This document shows positions 1-9,924 of a stretch of DNA of 64,000 nt, piece after piece. The notes below the pieces were generated by a model that was given only the letters and a program-made list of their open reading frames with translations, was not told where the DNA came from and searched no databases. A program made the position numbers and the translations under genes. Source of the stretch: an uncultured bacterium (GTDB lineage Bacteria > Patescibacteriota > Minisyncoccia > UBA6257 > 2-01-FULL-56-20); contig CAVVHF010000018.1 of the NCBI GenBank assembly GCA_963747905.1, forward strand, positions 1,135-65,134. Direction: 5' to 3'. Numbering within the stretch: position 1 is the stretch's first letter; every line of letters starts with the position of its first letter.

Positions 1-350
1 CAAAATCGCTGGTGGTCATTTTTCTCGTAATCGTTGCCGGCTGGGGCTACTATGATTACTTTTTTGTGTGGGCACAAAACCCCAATGTGTCCGGCGCGTT
101 CAGCGCAAACTACGTGACGATCGGTCAGCAGATCAACGCGTTGCCGACGAGTACGCCCAAGTACGCCGTCGTGAATGCGGGCGGAGTCATCGCGCGCGGC
201 ATCCCCGTGTCGGCAGAGACGACGATGTTCGTCACGCACTCCTTTACCACAAGCGATGCCGCGGCGGCGAATATTCACTATTTATTGCCCACACAAACGA
301 GCAGTATTCCCATGGAAACGCCAAGCGCAGATGTGTTTGAGATAAATTAG
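1..350 (+). CDS. 3' part of a membrane protein, probably GT39/ArnT-like glycosyltransferase C-terminus (5' end outside window)
   Basis: Frame open at window start; hydrophobic helix then YYDYFFVWAQNP and an extracytoplasmic tail. Confidence 0.5.
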   Translation, partial: KSLVVIFLVIVAGWGYYDYFFVWAQNPNVSGAFSANYVTIGQQINALPTSTPKYAVVNAGGVIARGIPVSAETTMFVTHSFTTSDAAAANIHYLLPTQTSSIPMETPSADVFEIN

Positions 351-486
351 CAATCACGCTCTGCTTTCTCTAGCGTCTGATTCAATCCCAACTGTATTTC
401 CTCGCTAACCAGATCGATATAGACAGATTTCGCTTTTTTATGTAAGACTGCTCTGTATACTCATTAAATCTTCTTTTTTGCGATCC

Positions 487-723
487 CTATTTCCTAAATA
501 ATTCCCCGAACTTCAGCTTACACACCGCAAAAAGATAGATGATCTCCAAAATGCCGACAGTGTTCACGACGAGCATGATCACGAACCACCACGGCTGCCC
601 GCGACGTCCCGCATGCCACAACGCGAGGCCTTTCCAAAACAGGCTCCAAACGACGAGGCACAGCAACCACGAACCAAACGACGCCGACAACCCCGTCCCC
701 AACGCCGAATTTAAGATATTCAT
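487..723 (-). CDS. DUF5652-like small membrane protein
   Basis: WSLFWKGLALWHAGRRGQPWWF...NTVGILEIIY motif; start placed at MNILNS. Confidence 0.75.
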   Translation of the reverse strand: MNILNSALGTGLSASFGSWLLCLVVWSLFWKGLALWHAGRRGQPWWFVIMLVVNTVGILEIIYLFAVCKLKFGELFRK

Positions 724-730
724 ATCAAAA

Positions 731-1045
731 TTATATCTTTGTGATCTCAATCTCTGTATACTCCTGCCGATGCCCTTTTTTCTTCCGTCCGCGGGTTTTC
801 GGATGATATTTGAAGACGATCGCTTTCTTGCCGCGACCATCGCCCATCACTTTTGCCTCGGTCTTTGCACCAGTGACGTACGGCGCGCCTACTTTGACCG
901 TGTCGCCAACCGACATCAAAAGAACGGTCTCAAAGACCACCGTATCGCCTGCCTTCACGTCCAACTTCTCTACTTTAAGCTTCGCTCCAACGGAGACGCG
1001 GTACTGCTTGCCCCCCGTTTCAATAACTGAAAAATCGTTTGCCAT
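731..1045 (-). CDS. rplU: 50S ribosomal protein L21
   Basis: VIETGGKQYRV...KKKGHRQEYT. Confidence 0.97.
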   Translation of the reverse strand: MANDFSVIETGGKQYRVSVGAKLKVEKLDVKAGDTVVFETVLLMSVGDTVKVGAPYVTGAKTEAKVMGDGRGKKAIVFKYHPKTRGRKKKGHRQEYTEIEITKI

Positions 1046-1070
1046 GGTGTTAATACCTTTTTAATAGAAT

Positions 1071-1415
1071 TTAATTGACTTTGATTATAGCCGTGAAGGC
1101 CAAAAAAAGCAAGATGGCCATAACGAGAGTCATTACGGCGACGATCTTTCCCAAAACATTGTCCCGCGCTTCAAGATCCAGCGCGATAAAAAAGTTTATA
1201 ACGATGATGGCGATGCCGAGTATTCCCATCCACAGAAGACTGCCAAAACTCCCAATGCTCGTGATGCCGGCCATATCATTGAAATGTAGGATGAGCGGTC
1301 CGGAGGTCTCACCGCCGAGCGCGCCGAGCGCCCAAAAGAATCCGCCCGCCGCAAATGCGAGCGAAACAAGAGAGAGCAGGCCGACAAGACGATATTTTTT
1401 TATCTTTTCGATCAT
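1071..1415 (-). CDS. hypothetical 3-TM membrane protein
   Basis: Three hydrophobic helices, PLILHF loop; in operon order. Confidence 0.7.
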   Translation of the reverse strand: MIEKIKKYRLVGLLSLVSLAFAAGGFFWALGALGGETSGPLILHFNDMAGITSIGSFGSLLWMGILGIAIIVINFFIALDLEARDNVLGKIVAVMTLVMAILLFLAFTAIIKVN

Positions 1416-1448
1416 GGTTTTGTTGTGCGATGGAATGCAACCCGCGTG

Positions 1449-2444
1449 TTATGCTTTTTTCCCTCTTCCACGTAGGATCGCGGCAGCCTGATCCGGATCG
1501 ACGATATTGATCTCGATGTTGGTAGAGAATTCGAACCCGGCGTCAGAAGATGTTCGCGGTATCACCTGTATATGCCAATGATGATGACGATAATCCTTAT
1601 TGTCCAACGGCGTGTCATGCACAAAAAAATTCAGGTCGGGATCGTTAAGATTTTTTTTCATTCTTCGCATTACCAACTGAAGCGCGAGCGCGATGCCGCG
1701 CACTGCAGCAGGCGGTGTCTCGCGGAACGACGGCCAATGTCTCTTAGGAATAACGCTTACTTCAAACGGTCGCTTTGAGGCGTACGGCGCGAGTGCAATC
1801 GCATGCTCGTTCTCCGCAACGACGCGAACCCTCTTTTTACTCTCCACTTTTATGATGTCGCATCGCACACATCGGCCATATTTTTTGAAATACTCATTGG
1901 TGCCACGTAGCGAATGGACGGTATGTGGCGGAACGATCGGAAGGGTAAGCATTTGATAATGGGGATGCCAGATCGAAGCGCCCGCGCCTGGACCGTAATT
2001 ATAAAACGATGAAATGTATGCCGCACACTTGTCTTTCGTCGCCATATCATGAAATGCTTGCAGCACCCCGAATACTTTTGCCGCTTCATTTTTATTGAGA
2101 TCGATAAAATGCTTATGGTGGTCGCGGGTAATGAGCACATTATGCGTTCCCACCGCAGTGCGCGCATGATAGATCTCATGGCGCAACGGTACCGAGCATA
2201 CTGCGCCACGCTCGACGGCGGGATATTTATTTTGGACAACCGCAACTTCCCATTTTTTTTCATTGGGGAAAACGAAAATCGGAGGCCAGTTGCCCGATTT
2301 TTTTAGGTTCTCGAACGGACACGTGCTCTTCGGCGATGGTTTGCGTGGCTTCTTTTTTTGATCCAAAAACTTCGGCCGCGCAGCGCGCCCCGGCGCCAAC
2401 AACACCCAGTCCCCTGAAATGAGATCTTGTCGCAATTCGCTCAT
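1449..2444 (-). CDS. GalT-family (galactose-1-phosphate uridylyltransferase-like) HIT protein
   Basis: MSELRQD..WV..APGRAARP, CPF, NKYPA, GAGASIWHPHYQ, HHWH, AGFE. Confidence 0.85.
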   Translation of the reverse strand: MSELRQDLISGDWVLLAPGRAARPKFLDQKKKPRKPSPKSTCPFENLKKSGNWPPIFVFPNEKKWEVAVVQNKYPAVERGAVCSVPLRHEIYHARTAVGTHNVLITRDHHKHFIDLNKNEAAKVFGVLQAFHDMATKDKCAAYISSFYNYGPGAGASIWHPHYQMLTLPIVPPHTVHSLRGTNEYFKKYGRCVRCDIIKVESKKRVRVVAENEHAIALAPYASKRPFEVSVIPKRHWPSFRETPPAAVRGIALALQLVMRRMKKNLNDPDLNFFVHDTPLDNKDYRHHHWHIQVIPRTSSDAGFEFSTNIEINIVDPDQAAAILRGRGKKA

Positions 2445-2445
2445 G

Positions 2446-4374
2446 TTATTGTGCGGTGCTCGTGGCATTCTTGCCGCCGGTCATCCTGTTGTTATAGTAC
2501 CAATCAAATACCTCCTTGGCGATAGGCACCGCGTTCAAACTGCCCTGCTTTGAGTTCTCAATCAATATAAGAAGCGCAATTTTTGGATTGGTGCATGGGA
2601 AATAGCCTACAAAGAGCGCGTTCTCCTCCTGGTTATTCTGTACCTGCGCACTGCCGGTCTTCGCGCACGCCTGCGCCGGAAGACCGTCCATCGTGTAGGC
2701 GGTACCGCGCGGGTCGGACACTGTCTCAAGCATCCCCTGCTGCACCTGCTGTATCTGCGGCAAAAGATACGTCAGATCTTCGCTCACCACCGGCGTGGAG
2801 CTGGCATTCAGGAATGGCTTGTAGATCTTTCCGCCGTTCGCGATCGCGTCGATATAGCTCAGTAGCTGGATCGGCGTGACGGCGAGCGAACCCTGCCCGA
2901 TGGAAATGTTGTACGTATCGCCGAGCGACCATGGCCGTGTGGAAACGGTGCTCCACCAAGCGGGCGTCGGCAAAAATCCTTCCGCTTCGCTCGGCAGGTC
3001 GATTCCGGTCGGCTTTCCCAACCCGAACGTCGTCCACCAGTCATATAATTTTGCCGCACCTAATCCGCTAACGCCGTAATCGACCGGATTGTTGAGCGGA
3101 GGCGTAGTGTATTCCGGTGAACCACCACCCACAATATAAAAGTAAACGTCGGACGATTGCGCGAGCGCGGACGCAAGATCGATATAGCCATGCGATTCCC
3201 AGTCCGCATACTTCGTCGGCGTGGAAGAATTGTACGGATCGGGAACCGTAAGATAACCGGGAGAATACAGTTGGCGATCCGGCGTGATGACGCCTTCCTT
3301 CAATGCCGCAACACCGTCGAGCGGCTTGATGGTGGATCCCGGCTGGTATTGCCCGGAAACAACGCGATCAAACAGTGGCTTATCGAGCGATGTAAGATAA
3401 TCCTGGATTTCCGCACTGCTACTTGCGGGATTCTCAAATGCATTGTTATCAAACCCCGGTAGATTGACAAGCGAGAGCACCGCGCCCGTCTGCGGGTTGA
3501 TGGCAAGCCCCACGCCCACCTGCCGCCCAAGCACGGCGAGCTCCTGCGCAATGCCGTCATACATCTCCGTCTGCAACCCACCGTCGATCGTCAGATGCAC
3601 CGAACCGCCGATGGTGGAAGCGGATTGTTGCTCTTCTCCCAGCACCTTCCCATACGCGTCGGTAAATTTGATATCCACGCCCGGCGTACCCTGCAATGCC
3701 GTATCATATTCTTCTTCGATGCCCATCTTACCGACAAAGTCATCCGCGGTAAGTTTTGAATTATTTGCGAGATCGGCTTGGCTCACGCGACCGACATATC
3801 CCACGACAGATGAGAATACTGTGCCATTTAGATAATATCGCTCAAAATCGCTCTGAACCTTTATTGTTGATGATGCTCCAAGCGCCTGCAGGTTCACCAG
3901 CTCCGATTGATTGAGATCCTGCGTGAGCACCACGGGCGTAGAAAAATCCTGCGCCTCGCTTTGGCCGAGTAGTGACCACACTGTGGATGATGGCACGCCG
4001 AGGATACTTTGCGCTTCGGCAATCGTAGAGCTTTGCAACGATGGATCGGAGATGAAAAGCTGCGCATCGAGCACCGCGTCGAACACCGCTTCGTTCGTGA
4101 CGAGAGGATCTCCTTCCGCGTCGTAGATAATGCCCCGCGGCGCGGGCGTCGCCTGCTCCTGGCTGGCGTTGTCGATCGCGCGCGCGGCATAATATGCTCC
4201 ACCGGTCCAGTTTAAATACACCACGCGACCGAGGACGACGAGCGCAATGCACGCAATGACCACACCAAGGATGACGACCGGGCGAGTGCCAAGCGGTACT
4301 TCCACCATATCAAGGTCGTGGCCCCAATCATCATTCAATGAATCCTCAAATGGGATCTCCGGCTTTTTTTTCAT
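2446..4374 (-). CDS. mrdA: class B penicillin-binding protein 2
   Basis: APRGIIYD; PGSTIK (SxxK), SSD (SxD), KTG; follows mreBCD. Confidence 0.9.
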   Translation of the reverse strand: MKKKPEIPFEDSLNDDWGHDLDMVEVPLGTRPVVILGVVIACIALVVLGRVVYLNWTGGAYYAARAIDNASQEQATPAPRGIIYDAEGDPLVTNEAVFDAVLDAQLFISDPSLQSSTIAEAQSILGVPSSTVWSLLGQSEAQDFSTPVVLTQDLNQSELVNLQALGASSTIKVQSDFERYYLNGTVFSSVVGYVGRVSQADLANNSKLTADDFVGKMGIEEEYDTALQGTPGVDIKFTDAYGKVLGEEQQSASTIGGSVHLTIDGGLQTEMYDGIAQELAVLGRQVGVGLAINPQTGAVLSLVNLPGFDNNAFENPASSSAEIQDYLTSLDKPLFDRVVSGQYQPGSTIKPLDGVAALKEGVITPDRQLYSPGYLTVPDPYNSSTPTKYADWESHGYIDLASALAQSSDVYFYIVGGGSPEYTTPPLNNPVDYGVSGLGAAKLYDWWTTFGLGKPTGIDLPSEAEGFLPTPAWWSTVSTRPWSLGDTYNISIGQGSLAVTPIQLLSYIDAIANGGKIYKPFLNASSTPVVSEDLTYLLPQIQQVQQGMLETVSDPRGTAYTMDGLPAQACAKTGSAQVQNNQEENALFVGYFPCTNPKIALLILIENSKQGSLNAVPIAKEVFDWYYNNRMTGGKNATSTAQ

Positions 4375-4395
4375 AACAAAAATTTGATTGAAAAA

Positions 4396-4836
4396 TTATT
4401 TGACCTCCAACCGGTCGAAGATGAGAAAAACCAGACCCCCGAAGATCAACGCGCCAAATAGATCGATGAAGAATAAATTCCAGTTTGTAAGGAATGCCGC
4501 TGGGGCGATGGCGAGATAGAGAAGAATGAAGCCACAGACGATTGCCACCGGCGCCGCCACCCACGCTGTCCACGCGAAGACTTTATGAAACGCGTATGCC
4601 ACGATCGGAATGATGGCAAAAAGAAAAATATCCACGCTCATGATCGGCTGCCAGTTGACCACAAAAATAGCAAAGAGGACAAACACAAGCAATTCCCAAA
4701 TATCAAAAAAGAATGCGAAAACAATGAGCGTCGCCAAAATGAAGTTGATGAACACTCCCACCGACGCAAACCAAAATTGAAACGCACACGCGAGGAGAAG
4801 AATAAGAATGGCAAGAATGGATCGCAATCGCAACAT
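4396..4836 (-). CDS. mreD: MreD-like membrane protein
   Basis: Multi-TM protein between mreC and pbp2; call is mostly positional. Confidence 0.6.
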   Translation of the reverse strand: MLRLRSILAILILLLACAFQFWFASVGVFINFILATLIVFAFFFDIWELLVFVLFAIFVVNWQPIMSVDIFLFAIIPIVAYAFHKVFAWTAWVAAPVAIVCGFILLYLAIAPAAFLTNWNLFFIDLFGALIFGGLVFLIFDRLEVK

Positions 4837-4837
4837 G

Positions 4838-5548
4838 TTATTTCATAATGAGAACTGTCTCAATATTGTTCACGTTATACGGAAAGCTGAGCGTCGCCTG
4901 CTGAAAAAGACTGTCCGCCGAAGTGCCCGTCGCCACCACTTCCGCAATTGGTTGCGCGTACGGGATGCCCGGCGTAGCAGAATATACAATATCGCCCGAC
5001 GTAATTGTCGCCGCACTTGCGATTGATCCGACCACAGGATCCGCGCCGCCCTGCAAAAGAGCGTCGGTACCGGCGGAACCGATACGCACCGGCATCTTGA
5101 GATTGTTATCAAAGATCGTCTGAACGATCGACTCGTCAGAAAACACTTTTAACACCTGGCCGATCAGCATTCCCTGAAACACAACTGCGGCACCGGGCGT
5201 CACGCCAACGTTTGCACCCGCGTTTACCAACAGCTCGTTCCGAAAATTCATCGGATAACGCGAATACACCATGGCACGGATTGTGTTCGGTGTGGATGTC
5301 GGCAACTGCGATGCCATCACCTGCAAGGTAGCAAGTTGCGCCTGCAACGCATCGTTCTGTGCCGCAAGCGTTGGACTGTCCACCTGCGATAGGGCCGCGT
5401 TATTGTTCTCGACTGAGCCGCCCAGCGCGGGGCTCAACCACGCGCGAAGCGTCCATCCAAAAGACGGTATAAAAACAATAAGGAACAAAAGGATGACGAT
5501 GAGCGCGCCAGAGACCCAACGATTATTTGATGAACGCTCTCGCCCCAT
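4838..5548 (-). CDS. mreC: rod shape-determining protein MreC
   Basis: N-terminal TM, coiled coil, LLVNAG..GV..G..V, LIGQV, GDIVYS; after mreB. Confidence 0.88.
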   Translation of the reverse strand: MGRERSSNNRWVSGALIVILLFLIVFIPSFGWTLRAWLSPALGGSVENNNAALSQVDSPTLAAQNDALQAQLATLQVMASQLPTSTPNTIRAMVYSRYPMNFRNELLVNAGANVGVTPGAAVVFQGMLIGQVLKVFSDESIVQTIFDNNLKMPVRIGSAGTDALLQGGADPVVGSIASAATITSGDIVYSATPGIPYAQPIAEVVATGTSADSLFQQATLSFPYNVNNIETVLIMK

Positions 5549-5563
5549 TGAATATCGGTTCCA

Positions 5564-6607
5564 TTATAAATTGATGTAGAGCGGCTTCAGTGGATTATCG
5601 AGCAGCTCGCGGTTCCCCTCGAAGTCGTCCACCATCTGGCCAAGCCCGCGTACTACGCAGGTCAGCGGATCGTCGGCCACGGTCACGGTAACGCCGGTCT
5701 CTTTTTCAAGCAGCTCGTCGAGTCCGCGCAGGAGCGCGCCGCCGCCACACATCACGATGCCCCCACGTAAGACGTCGCCCGCCAACTCCGGCGGTGTTTC
5801 TTCGATCACCTCGTGCACCGAATCGATGATCTGGCGAAGCGACTTTGAGATCGCCATGCGGACGTGATTGTTCTTCATCCCCACTTCTCGCGGAAGACCG
5901 CTCGTATAATCGCGTCCGCGGATGGGGACTTCCATGCGCTCGTCGAGCGGGATGGCAGAACCAACCGCGATCTTGGCAAACTCCGCCGTCGGCTCGCCAA
6001 TCGCCAGATGAAATTCGTCACGCACGTAACGAATGATATCTTCGTTGAACTTATCCCCCGCCACCTTGAGCGTCCGCGAGACCACCGTGCCGCCGAGCGA
6101 GATGACCGCGATGTCGGTCGTGCCACCGCCGATGTCGATAATCATACTCGCCGTCGGTGCCATGATCGGCAACCCGGCGCCGAGAGCGGCCGCCGTCGTC
6201 GATTCGACCAGATATACCTTTGAACAACCGGCATTCAACGCGGCGTCCTCAACGGACTTTCGTTCCACTTCAGTGAGGTTGTTTGGAATCGCGATGATAG
6301 CGCGGCGATACGACATGATCGGGCTCGTCTTCGGGCGGCTAAGCAGATGGCGAAGCATCTCTTCGGTCATCTCAAAATCGGAAATAACGCCATTCACGAG
6401 CGGACGCACGACGTTGATGTGCGGTGGTACACGACCCAACATTTTTTTTGCTTCATCGCCGACCGCGAGGACGTGGTTCGTTTTGGTATTAATCGCCGCG
6501 ACGGACGGCTCATTCACCACGATACCCTTGTTTTTTAAATAGATGAGAGAGTTCGCTGTGCCGAGATCAATGCCGATGTCTTTGAAAACATTGTCGAAGA
6601 GTGCCAT
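5564..6607 (-). CDS. mreB: rod shape-determining actin MreB
   Basis: IGIDLGTAN, EPSV, RPLVNGVISDF, DIGGGTT, GGGALL. Confidence 0.96.
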   Translation of the reverse strand: MALFDNVFKDIGIDLGTANSLIYLKNKGIVVNEPSVAAINTKTNHVLAVGDEAKKMLGRVPPHINVVRPLVNGVISDFEMTEEMLRHLLSRPKTSPIMSYRRAIIAIPNNLTEVERKSVEDAALNAGCSKVYLVESTTAAALGAGLPIMAPTASMIIDIGGGTTDIAVISLGGTVVSRTLKVAGDKFNEDIIRYVRDEFHLAIGEPTAEFAKIAVGSAIPLDERMEVPIRGRDYTSGLPREVGMKNNHVRMAISKSLRQIIDSVHEVIEETPPELAGDVLRGGIVMCGGGALLRGLDELLEKETGVTVTVADDPLTCVVRGLGQMVDDFEGNRELLDNPLKPLYINL

Positions 6608-7833
6608 TATTTTTTAATAAGATTTAATGCTTCATTCAGGTCCACCACCCGCGAATCTTTTTCCGTGCGCTTTTTGATTTCCACTTTGCCATCGCCAAGC
6701 TTTGGACTGACCACAATCCTCCAGGGAATACCGATCAAATCAGCCTCCGCGAACTTCTCGCCCGCGGACATTTCCCTATCGTCATAGAGTACTTTGATGC
6801 CCGCTTTTTGTAAAGTTTCATAGGCTTTTTCGCCATCCGCGCCACCGAGCGCGAGCAGATGCACCGCGAACGGTGCGACCGACTCCGGCCAGATGATACC
6901 GCGCTCGTCATGATACTTTTCCACGATCACGCCCATAGCACGCGAGATGCCGATGCCGAAACAACCCATGATTGGATACTGCTTTTTGCCCTCCTTGTCG
7001 GTATATGTCACGTCAAAGTCCTTCGCAAACTTAGTCCCGAGGTCAAAGACGTTCCCCACCTCCGACGCACGTGCCTTCGCAAGCGTCCCCTTACTACATC
7101 GCGTGCACTTTTCGTCTTCCTTCTCTTTCGCAATCTCTACGTTCACACAAAAGTCGCATGCATCGCAATATAAGATATCATCCTCGCCCGCGTCGGTAAG
7201 CACCATGAATTCATACGAAATTTTTTGCGTGAACGCGCCGCCAGAGGCTTCGGTCGCTTTTGCCACGAGTCCCATCCGATCGTAAATGCGGAAATACGCT
7301 TTCTTCATCTCTGCGTAAAACCGCTCAAAATCTTCCTGCGTCTCGTGGAAGCTATACATGTCCTTCATCAAAAATTCCACGCCGCGCATGAGGCCGGACT
7401 TCGAGCGCAACTCGTCGCGAAACTTCCAGTTAATCTGATATACCGCCCTTGGAAGGTCTTTATAATTATTGATATAACGCATGACGAGCGGCGTCACTAC
7501 CTCTTCCTCGCTCTGCCCAAGCACGTATTCTTTTTCGGTGCGGCTCTTTATTTTGAACAGCACATCGATCTTATCCCAGCCGCCGGTCGTCGCCCAAATA
7601 CTTTTGGGATGGATCATCGGCATGGAAATTTCCTGGCCGCCGACGGCGTCCATTTCCTCACGGACGATGTTCTCTATATTATCCAACACCCGCAACCCGA
7701 GCGGCAGATAGCTGTACACTCCCGCCATCAATTTTGAAACAAATCCCGCCCGCGTTAGGAGCTGGGCGTTTACCGTCGCCTCGTCCTTTGGAGCATTCCG
7801 CTCGGTCTTCGTGAATAATTGAGATTGGCGCAT
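6607..7833 (-). CDS. proS: proline--tRNA ligase (short form without INS editing domain)
   Basis: MRQSQLF, KFRDELR, EFLMKDMYSF, MGCFGIG, GEKFAEADLIGIP. Confidence 0.95.
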   Translation of the reverse strand: MRQSQLFTKTERNAPKDEATVNAQLLTRAGFVSKLMAGVYSYLPLGLRVLDNIENIVREEMDAVGGQEISMPMIHPKSIWATTGGWDKIDVLFKIKSRTEKEYVLGQSEEEVVTPLVMRYINNYKDLPRAVYQINWKFRDELRSKSGLMRGVEFLMKDMYSFHETQEDFERFYAEMKKAYFRIYDRMGLVAKATEASGGAFTQKISYEFMVLTDAGEDDILYCDACDFCVNVEIAKEKEDEKCTRCSKGTLAKARASEVGNVFDLGTKFAKDFDVTYTDKEGKKQYPIMGCFGIGISRAMGVIVEKYHDERGIIWPESVAPFAVHLLALGGADGEKAYETLQKAGIKVLYDDREMSAGEKFAEADLIGIPWRIVVSPKLGDGKVEIKKRTEKDSRVVDLNEALNLIKK

Positions 7834-7866
7834 ATAGGCACATTTTAGCACTCACGGCGCGGAGAA

Positions 7867-8964
7867 TCAAAGGATGATACCGCCGCCAAGCATCTCGCCA
7901 TCCGCATCGTAAAACACCGCCGACTGACCTTCTGCCACGAACTTTTGTGGCGCCGCGAACACCAATTTATAATTTCCGTTTTCGAGCTTTGAAAGCGTTG
8001 CATTGGAAAGTGGCTGGCGATAACGCACGCGAGCGCGGACGGGTAAAACTTCTTCCACCGCCCTCCCGGAAATAAAATTCATCTGCGCCAGCTCAACCTC
8101 GTTCCGGTAGAGCGCCGAGTTTTCGCTGCCCTCCGCAAGCACCACCGTATTTGTCGCCGCATCTTTCGACGAAATATAGAGCGGTTTGCGCTCCGCTCCA
8201 GCGCCGCCGGCCGGACCGGTCTTTGGAAACGCAAAGTCAGCATCGATGTGCCGCTGGCCGATGGTATAGAATTCCGCGCCGGAATGCTCGCCAATCTTCT
8301 CGCCAGCCGTGGTTATCAAAGCACCGCGATGTTCCGGAATGTATTGCTTGAGAAAATCATCGAGCGAGAACTTCCCAAGGAAACAAATCCCCTGCGAATC
8401 TTTCTTTTCCGCCGTCGGCAATCCGGCGCGTCGCGCGATTGCGCGAACTTCCGGCTTTATGATTCCGCCTACCGGGAATAAACAATGAGCGAGTTGCTTC
8501 TGGCCAAGCGTCCACAAAAAATACGATTGATCTTTGTTGGAATCGATAGCCTCGAATAATTTAAAAATCCCCTCCGCGGACTTTTCTATCTTTATATAAT
8601 GCCCCGTCGCCACAAAGTCCGCACCGCTTGCGAGCGCTTTCTCCAAAAAAAACCCAAATTTGATCTCGCGATTGCACATCACATCCGGATTCGGCGTGAT
8701 CCCGGCGCGATAGCCTTCTATCATGTACTGTACGACGCGGTCCTTATACTCCTGCTCGAAATCCCAAACATAGAATGAGATGCCGATATGCTCCGCCACG
8801 CGGCGCGCGTCTTCGGCATCGACTTCAGCACAACCGTCGATGTTATAACACTTCATAAATACGCCCACGACATCATAGCCCTGTTCCTTAAGTAAATGCG
8901 CCGCGACGGAGCTATCCACTCCGCCCGACATCCCGACGAAGACGGTCATTGAGTGCCTTAACAT
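7867..8964 (-). CDS. mnmA: tRNA 2-thiouridylase
   Basis: MSGGVDS, TPNPDVMCN, ATGHY, KDQSYFL, DSQGICF. Confidence 0.97.
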   Translation of the reverse strand: MLRHSMTVFVGMSGGVDSSVAAHLLKEQGYDVVGVFMKCYNIDGCAEVDAEDARRVAEHIGISFYVWDFEQEYKDRVVQYMIEGYRAGITPNPDVMCNREIKFGFFLEKALASGADFVATGHYIKIEKSAEGIFKLFEAIDSNKDQSYFLWTLGQKQLAHCLFPVGGIIKPEVRAIARRAGLPTAEKKDSQGICFLGKFSLDDFLKQYIPEHRGALITTAGEKIGEHSGAEFYTIGQRHIDADFAFPKTGPAGGAGAERKPLYISSKDAATNTVVLAEGSENSALYRNEVELAQMNFISGRAVEEVLPVRARVRYRQPLSNATLSKLENGNYKLVFAAPQKFVAEGQSAVFYDADGEMLGGGIIL

Positions 8965-9000
8965 TTTCTTAAAATTATTTAAAATGGTCTCGGAGGGTTT

Positions 9001-9249
9001 ATGAAAAATCCATTCGGTCTTCGTGTTTACTCGTTCCTTGAAATCAACGATTTTTTGAGTTTCTTGCCGATGTGCACCATCGGAATAACCTTGGCGAGCT
9101 TACTAATCTATCTCGACCTATTCGCTATGGGTATTCGTTTAGGATTGGCTGGCATCTTCCTCATTGCGATACCTACGGGCAAAGGGATTGCCATCATCGG
9201 CTTCCTTTTTCTCCGCCGCAGCGCCACCAACCCCGCCCCTTCCTTATAA
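9001..9249 (+). CDS. hypothetical small membrane protein
   Basis: GGAGG SD before ATG, hydrophobic, hairpin downstream. Confidence 0.5.
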   Translation: MKNPFGLRVYSFLEINDFLSFLPMCTIGITLASLLIYLDLFAMGIRLGLAGIFLIAIPTGKGIAIIGFLFLRRSATNPAPSL

Positions 9250-9267
9250 AGGGGCGCCTTTTTTATT

Positions 9268-9831
9268 CTACACCCGCTCCACGTAATCCCCCGTCTGCGT
9301 GTTCACGCGGATCATATCGCCTTCGTTCACAAACAGCGGTGCGGAAATCTTTGCGCCTCCTTCGATCGTCACCACCTTGCTGCCGCCCTGTGCGGTATTG
9401 CCCTTGAGCGCCGGCGGCGCCTCTACCACTTTGAACTCCATCTTTACCGGGATCTCGATCGTGATGACCTTGTCTTCGAAGATCATCGTCTGCACGCGGG
9501 TACCCGGTTTCAAAAAACGACCCTGATCGCCAACGACGTCCGCCTCCAAGACAAAACGATCCTTCGGATTATTCTCTTCGTGAAACCAGTACTGACCCTT
9601 GCTCTCGTAGATGAAAATCGCGTGCTTGCGCTCGATCTCCGCCTCTTCGAACGAATCGCTCGCCTGGAAATTGCGGTCCAAAAGCTTACCCGTGATAAGG
9701 TTGCGGATGCGCGTCTGCACGACGGCCTTACGCTGTTGCATACGCAAAAAATGCGTCTCGAGCACCTCGTACGGCGCGCCGTCCATGATGAACAAAACTC
9801 CCTTGGTTAAGTCGGTGTATGCGAGTGCCAT
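9268..9831 (-). CDS. efp: translation elongation factor P
   Basis: DGAPYEV, RNLITG, PPALKGNT, PLFVNEGD.IRVNT.TG.YVER. Confidence 0.95.
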   Translation of the reverse strand: MALAYTDLTKGVLFIMDGAPYEVLETHFLRMQQRKAVVQTRIRNLITGKLLDRNFQASDSFEEAEIERKHAIFIYESKGQYWFHEENNPKDRFVLEADVVGDQGRFLKPGTRVQTMIFEDKVITIEIPVKMEFKVVEAPPALKGNTAQGGSKVVTIEGGAKISAPLFVNEGDMIRVNTQTGDYVERV

Positions 9832-9924
9832 GTCGGATGTTATTGTAGCAGAAATAAAAAAAGCGCACAATGCTGGTAATCAGCAAATGTGCGCTAAGAC
9901 AATTCTTTTTTTTGCCTGTTGCTC

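Noticed and set aside
347-375. TTAGCAATC, same as the hrcA CIRCE left arm
   Set aside because: No right arm, and it lies between convergent gene ends.
346-464. Short minus-strand reading frame between convergent genes
   Set aside because: Interrupted by an early stop, with no recognisable motif.
7845-7871. TTAGCACTC, a perfect CIRCE half-site upstream of proS
   Set aside because: No matching right arm at N9; it overlaps the proS -10 box, which explains it.
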